A stretch of 64,000 nucleotides of DNA from a virus. Lineage: Duplodnaviria; Caudoviricetes. A program made the position numbers and the translations under genes. Location of the stretch: positions 1-64,000 of the IMG/VR virus record IMGVR_UViG_3300028591_000124, one strand, 5' to 3'. Positions 59,786-64,000 of the stretch are shown here, in pieces. A model generated the notes under the pieces. That model had not been told where the DNA came from. It worked only from the letters and a program-made list of their open reading frames with translations, and ran no database searches. Every line of letters begins with the position of its first letter. Positions within the stretch are counted from its first letter, which is position 1.

Positions 59786-60298
59786 TTAAATTAAATTTTG
59801 TTTTTTGAGCACACTCAATAATTCTACGCAAGCATCAATCAGATACTCATGAATATTCGTTTCAATGCAAATTTCAGTAGTATATGTGCTCCGGTATCCC
59901 AACCAATACTGAGTGTCTGATTCCTTTGAGAATACAAATTCCGCTTCAGACTCATCATCAAAGACAACCATCTGCGGTAATTCATCCATAAGTGCCGTCA
60001 GAGACCAGGCTGGGATGTCTTGACCGTATAACCGGTCAAATTGCTCTTTAGCACTAATTTGCTCAGGCTCTTTACCAAGAAATCTTTGTACGAACGTATC
60101 TGAAACCTTAGCTATTTTTTCATACATCTTAATGGCTTCGCCTTCGAAGAAATGAGGTTTGAACGGCTTTAATTCCCATTCCAATGTTTTAGCCCTGGAA
60201 TGGGTATGATGCCAAGTCATATCGGCTGTATGAGGATTAATCCCAATTTTCATGAGCTGCTGAGATTGTTCGCGCGAGGTGCAAATTCTCTGTTCCAT
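59786..60298 (-). CDS. Hypothetical Bacteroidetes phage protein
   Basis: CTSREQSQQL...TADM...PAWSLTAL pattern. Confidence 0.6.
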   Translation of the reverse strand: MEQRICTSREQSQQLMKIGINPHTADMTWHHTHSRAKTLEWELKPFKPHFFEGEAIKMYEKIAKVSDTFVQRFLGKEPEQISAKEQFDRLYGQDIPAWSLTALMDELPQMVVFDDESEAEFVFSKESDTQYWLGYRSTYTTEICIETNIHEYLIDACVELLSVLKKQNLI

Positions 60299-60301
60299 AT
60301 A

Positions 60302-60904
60302 TTACCGATTCAAATGTTTGTTGAACATAAGTAAATCCATAGATTCAATCTGGTATCCAGAATATAGAGTTGTGTCGGCCCACCCAATTTGTATTTTTAT
60401 TTTGTGGGCTTTGCAAATATCAGCGATGGCAAACTTCTGAGATTTAGTTGCTGCTCCATCACCAGCCAATACTTTCGTTGGGTCAAATTTTAAGTAATCC
60501 AATTTCTCCAGATCCCATTCCTCGTTGAACGATTCTTTGCCAATTCTCTTGCAAATTTCGATTGCAAGAACATGGTGGTCATTTTTGTTGTTATATGACT
60601 GATGACCAAATATCTCGCCATCCGGAGAAATCCACCCGCAAACCACATTTTCAGGTTTTGATGGCCTAATGATTCCATAGGGTTCGACTATTGTATTGTC
60701 ATCTTCCACATATACATCATTCATGCCTACCAGTTTCTTGTTGCCAAGAACAATTTCTGTAGCCAGATCAACCGGAAAATCAATAATTGCCTTAGTCAAG
60801 AAACCAACGCCTTGCGACAGATCATTGGTTTCTTTATATTTTTCACGGGCCAGATTTGTAATAAACTCGCCCTCAACAGAAAAACAAATTCCAGCCATAA
60901 TCAA
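60302..60904 (-). CDS. Hypothetical protein
   Basis: GWISPDG...H motif. Confidence 0.55.
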   Translation of the reverse strand: MIMAGICFSVEGEFITNLAREKYKETNDLSQGVGFLTKAIIDFPVDLATEIVLGNKKLVGMNDVYVEDDNTIVEPYGIIRPSKPENVVCGWISPDGEIFGHQSYNNKNDHHVLAIEICKRIGKESFNEEWDLEKLDYLKFDPTKVLAGDGAATKSQKFAIADICKAHKIKIQIGWADTTLYSGYQIESMDLLMFNKHLNR

Positions 60905-61455
60905 TATGATTTGCCATGAAGCATGGCGCGGTTCTCATTGTACTTCATCTTAGTCTCGATATGCCATACCAAGTCTATATTAAGGAACTTGGCCCAGCAC
61001 TCAATAAACGAGAGAGTCATACCCAGCATTTTGTCATCTGGGATGTTGGGGAACGTAATCATGTTGCACAGAGAATAACCGGCATAGGTGAACGACTTGT
61101 CGCCAAAAATTCCAACCCATTCACTATAAATATCATCACTGATTGGATTAATCGGCATCAGATTGTATTCGCCTGCATAATCACACAAACGGATAAATGC
61201 ATCTGCCAGTTCCTCAGCAACGGACCCTTTTATATATTGTTCATATCGCTCATTGAAGTCTGGCCACACATTCGTGCGCTCTTCAAAATCCTCAATACCA
61301 TTGTAATGATTACCTTTACGGTCAGCTTCAACGGCCTCTGAGACTTCACACATCACCAGCATCAGCCAGTGTTCCTTGCAGCGTTTTTCTTGATGAAAAC
61401 CATGCTGTGAGGCAATTCTATACGCCTCGTCAATGTAATGCTTGATATTTTCCAT
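60901..61455 (-). CDS. MazG-like NTP pyrophosphohydrolase
   Basis: EVSEAVEA, EELADAFIR, KMKYNENR. Confidence 0.8.
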   Translation of the reverse strand: MENIKHYIDEAYRIASQHGFHQEKRCKEHWLMLVMCEVSEAVEADRKGNHYNGIEDFEERTNVWPDFNERYEQYIKGSVAEELADAFIRLCDYAGEYNLMPINPISDDIYSEWVGIFGDKSFTYAGYSLCNMITFPNIPDDKMLGMTLSFIECWAKFLNIDLVWHIETKMKYNENRAMLHGKSY

Positions 61456-61456
61456 A

Positions 61457-61720
61457 TTAATCTGTTATTTCTTCAAATTCTTCTTCTGATACTTCTGATG
61501 ACATACGTTCTTTCAAACCACGCTTGAATTCCAGGAACATTGCTTCCGGAACCTCTTGGAAGTTTACGACGTGAAAATCAACGACATTGTTTTCCAGCAT
61601 AACGCTGTTTTCAATATCGATGATGGGGCAAAAATCACAATCCGAACCAACAATGCCGTTTTTGTGGACTATCTGGCCGTCTTGTGTACCCATTCCAAAA
61701 TAAAACCAGTATTTTTTCAT
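61457..61720 (-). CDS. Hypothetical protein
   Basis: 87-aa ORF. Confidence 0.5.
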   Translation of the reverse strand: MKKYWFYFGMGTQDGQIVHKNGIVGSDCDFCPIIDIENSVMLENNVVDFHVVNFQEVPEAMFLEFKRGLKERMSSEVSEEEFEEITD

Positions 61721-62313
61721 TTTAGGTGTTCTTTGATATTCTCTTTAAATATTTTCTCTGCCTTATTGCAAAGCATCTTATACATGTTGTCACAGTGATC
61801 GCCCCACGCATTCAAATTCATAACATCCTCAGATTCCTGTAGGAACTTCAGCTTCTCTTTGGCTTTCTTGTTTGCCTCTTTCAGATCATCGAAAATCTCA
61901 ACAGAAAGCGTGGCATCAAATTTCTTTATTGCGTCATTCATATCCAAAACACAACTCTCCAGGAGATCAGCTGTCATGAAAGCTGCAATATACAAAATAT
62001 TCATTTTGTTTTTCAGCTCAATCGGGAGGTTCAACTGGTTTACATTGATTTTCTTTGCCTCTTCCTGAGCGTCCTTGATATATATTTCAAAAGCCCTTTG
62101 ATAGAGATTGTTCAGTTTCTCTTTCATTTGCATCGCCTGGACGAACTGACGTTTGGCTATGTATTCGTCATACTTCCTTTGAAGCTTCTGGATGTCACGG
62201 TCTTTGCCGACAACCTCATAAAACCTTTTCTCCAAATCTGGAGTTGAGAACTGTATGTTGTATTGATTTGCTAAATTCATTTTCTTCCAAAATCTGCTGC
62301 TATTTCTCCCCAA
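61717..62313 (-). CDS. Hypothetical helical protein
   Basis: ORF in operon. Confidence 0.55.
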   Translation of the reverse strand: MGRNSSRFWKKMNLANQYNIQFSTPDLEKRFYEVVGKDRDIQKLQRKYDEYIAKRQFVQAMQMKEKLNNLYQRAFEIYIKDAQEEAKKINVNQLNLPIELKNKMNILYIAAFMTADLLESCVLDMNDAIKKFDATLSVEIFDDLKEANKKAKEKLKFLQESEDVMNLNAWGDHCDNMYKMLCNKAEKIFKENIKEHLK

Positions 62314-62672
62314 TTCTTATTATCCCAATGAATTACCTTGATGTCTTTGATTTTTTCATCCATGATACGGATAAACGACTCGGCTTTCATTAGTTCCATA
62401 TTACGCTTGCCAGATGCCGTCTTACGGTTAATGAACCATGTGATAGCAACCATCGAATCAGAAAAAATAACCTTTGGTGTATATCCTGTTTCATAGATAT
62501 GCTTCACACCTTCCACGATAGCAAGAAACTCACCGATGTTTACGGTCTGGTTGCCAAGTTTCTCATGGAAGATAACCTTGCCGGTCTTCAGGTCAACACC
62601 ACGATATTCAGTCATTCTATTCTTGGTCGAATGAGCTGCATCAACGGCTATGCCTTGTGTTCTGTCAATCAT
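62277..62672 (-). CDS. rnhA: Ribonuclease HI catalytic domain (B. halodurans/Bacteroidetes type)
   Basis: AVDAA, EYRGVD, NIGEFLAIV, SDS, WGEIAADFGRK. Confidence 0.9.
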   Translation of the reverse strand: MIDRTQGIAVDAAHSTKNRMTEYRGVDLKTGKVIFHEKLGNQTVNIGEFLAIVEGVKHIYETGYTPKVIFSDSMVAITWFINRKTASGKRNMELMKAESFIRIMDEKIKDIKVIHWDNKNWGEIAADFGRK

Positions 62673-63178
62673 AACTGGTGTTTTCTATAATCCTTATATA
62701 TAGCACACACCATATTTGCAGAGCGCAGAAAAGCATCGATGACCTGTTCTTTGTCACGGATGTCGTTACGCTCATTCAAAGCCTTCAGTGCGCCTTCTAC
62801 AGTCTTTCTGGAATCATCCAGACCATATTGGGGATCATATATTATAGATTTGTTTCCAAATTTGACGGTAACCTTGAAACGATTGCTGGTTACAACTGTG
62901 TCAACAACAGCTGGAAACAAACACAGATCAACTTCAACAGCAATAAACCCATTACCGTTTTTCATAGGTTTGAGGCCACAGTCATAAAGTGCATTTTCCA
63001 CAATACTATTGGCCAAAACCGAATCTGGGATTACAACTTTTTTCTTTACGGGAGCGTCTTCACGGCATCCCATATAGACTCCTTTTTCATTCTTTGTTAC
63101 GTAGCCCACCAGGGTTACATTGTCTTTTGCGGACCGTTTGAATTTAATCTTGGTCCGAATCAATTCTGTCTGACTCAT
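62669..63178 (-). CDS. Hypothetical protein
   Basis: 169-aa ORF. Confidence 0.55.
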   Translation of the reverse strand: MSQTELIRTKIKFKRSAKDNVTLVGYVTKNEKGVYMGCREDAPVKKKVVIPDSVLANSIVENALYDCGLKPMKNGNGFIAVEVDLCLFPAVVDTVVTSNRFKVTVKFGNKSIIYDPQYGLDDSRKTVEGALKALNERNDIRDKEQVIDAFLRSANMVCAIYKDYRKHQL

Positions 63179-63306
63179 CTCCTATCAATTAAAATAATAC
63201 AACTAAAATTCTGGATGCCAGCATAAAACAACTGACATCCAGAAATAGCTGACCTGGAAAAAACCAGGTTTTTAGTTTAACTCCTATTAATTGGTTTTAA
63301 CTTCGA

Positions 63307-63588
63307 TTAGTAGTCTGCCATTTCGTACTCTTCAAGTTCACTGAGATCTGGGAGTTCGTATTCGCCATCGACATTGATATGAAGAACCAATCTGACCGAC
63401 TTACCTTGCTCATGCATATTTTGAACGAGTTCTTCCATCCTCCTTTCACCAATGAGAATCGGTTCACAATTTTCGGCAAGGTTCTTGGAGCCAATCACAA
63501 GCTTGTCTCCACATCGGAATATCACATAATCATAATACCCCTGCCCATAGTATTTGAACAGGTGGTAGAAATCGTCATTACTACACAT
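63307..63588 (-). CDS. Hypothetical protein (weak MutS-N-like)
   Basis: YYDYVIFRCGD. Confidence 0.4.
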   Translation of the reverse strand: MCSNDDFYHLFKYYGQGYYDYVIFRCGDKLVIGSKNLAENCEPILIGERRMEELVQNMHEQGKSVRLVLHINVDGEYELPDLSELEEYEMADY

Positions 63589-63593
63589 AAGCC

Positions 63594-63986
63594 TTAAAAT
63601 TGAGGTAAGGATTCAGCATTACACCGTGTACACACCCCACCAGTACGTTTTGCCATAGAGACGGATATTCGTACACCGCACATCTTACAGAAACACATCT
63701 TGCCTTTGTAGTTTTTGTACGCCATATTACGGACATCACGAAGGGAAAGATTGTACTCTTTTGACAGGGCCACCAGAATTTCGCTCTCACCGAATTTTCC
63801 CTTGCTTTTGGCGATATGCCTTTTGTAATTAAGAAAATCCTGTCTTATTACCATTCCCTTGATCCTGGGAACATTCAGTAGCCCCTGTTCATTCATCCTC
63901 CTAAGCAAATCAATAGGGATCTCATAAATAGCACTTGCCTTAAGAAGATCCTTTTCTCTTAGAATTTCCTTTATTTCCGCTTCCAT
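63594..63986 (-). CDS. HTH + Zn-finger hypothetical protein
   Basis: LSKEYNLSLRDVRN; CKMC...CTRC. Confidence 0.55.
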   Translation of the reverse strand: MEAEIKEILREKDLLKASAIYEIPIDLLRRMNEQGLLNVPRIKGMVIRQDFLNYKRHIAKSKGKFGESEILVALSKEYNLSLRDVRNMAYKNYKGKMCFCKMCGVRISVSMAKRTGGVCTRCNAESLPQF

Positions 63987-64000
63987 ACACTTTGAATTTT

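Larger units (their letters stand above)
1..64000. mobile_element. Large temperate Bacteroidetes phage (myovirus-like), partial genome
   Basis: Tape measure, baseplate, terminase, endolysin, phage replication genes and integrase; Bacteroidetes TAnnTTTG promoters; no host housekeeping operons. Confidence 0.93.

Noticed and set aside
1-64000. CRISPR array, IS elements, rRNA
   Set aside because: No regularly spaced repeat-spacer units, transposase or rRNA signatures seen

Overview
The whole window reads as part of a large temperate Bacteroidetes (Prevotella/Bacteroides-type) phage with a contractile tail, in standard genetic code with TAnnTTTG promoters. From left to right: (1) tape measure and baseplate hub/spike genes; (2) a 3902-aa modular tail fibre and an amidase endolysin; (3) a complete diversity-generating retroelement (target/VR, hairpin, avd, TR, RT); (4) tRNA-Lys and tRNA-Met, then baseplate wedge genes; (5) a leftward DUF559-nuclease + degenerate RNase H operon behind about 700 nt of highly structured non-coding sequence; (6) a rightward recombination/replication operon (NinB-like, SSB, SbcCD, RuvC, sigma factor, helicase, primase, split DnaE, GMK-like kinase, DEDDh exonuclease); (7) lysis and terminase genes; (8) a tyrosine integrase beside a chimeric-looking tRNA-Ser (probable attP) and tRNA-Arg; (9) a leftward accessory region with an acyl carrier protein, a MazG-like protein and RNase HI. 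The two strongest novelty candidates are a DnaE split in two genes and joined by a catalytically stripped split-intein remnant, and the large structured non-coding element coupled to the DUF559/RNase H-like operon. A fixed-spacing GCTATTT-N4-TAAA motif upstream of late genes is also notable. All product calls come from motif recognition by eye; no database searches were run.
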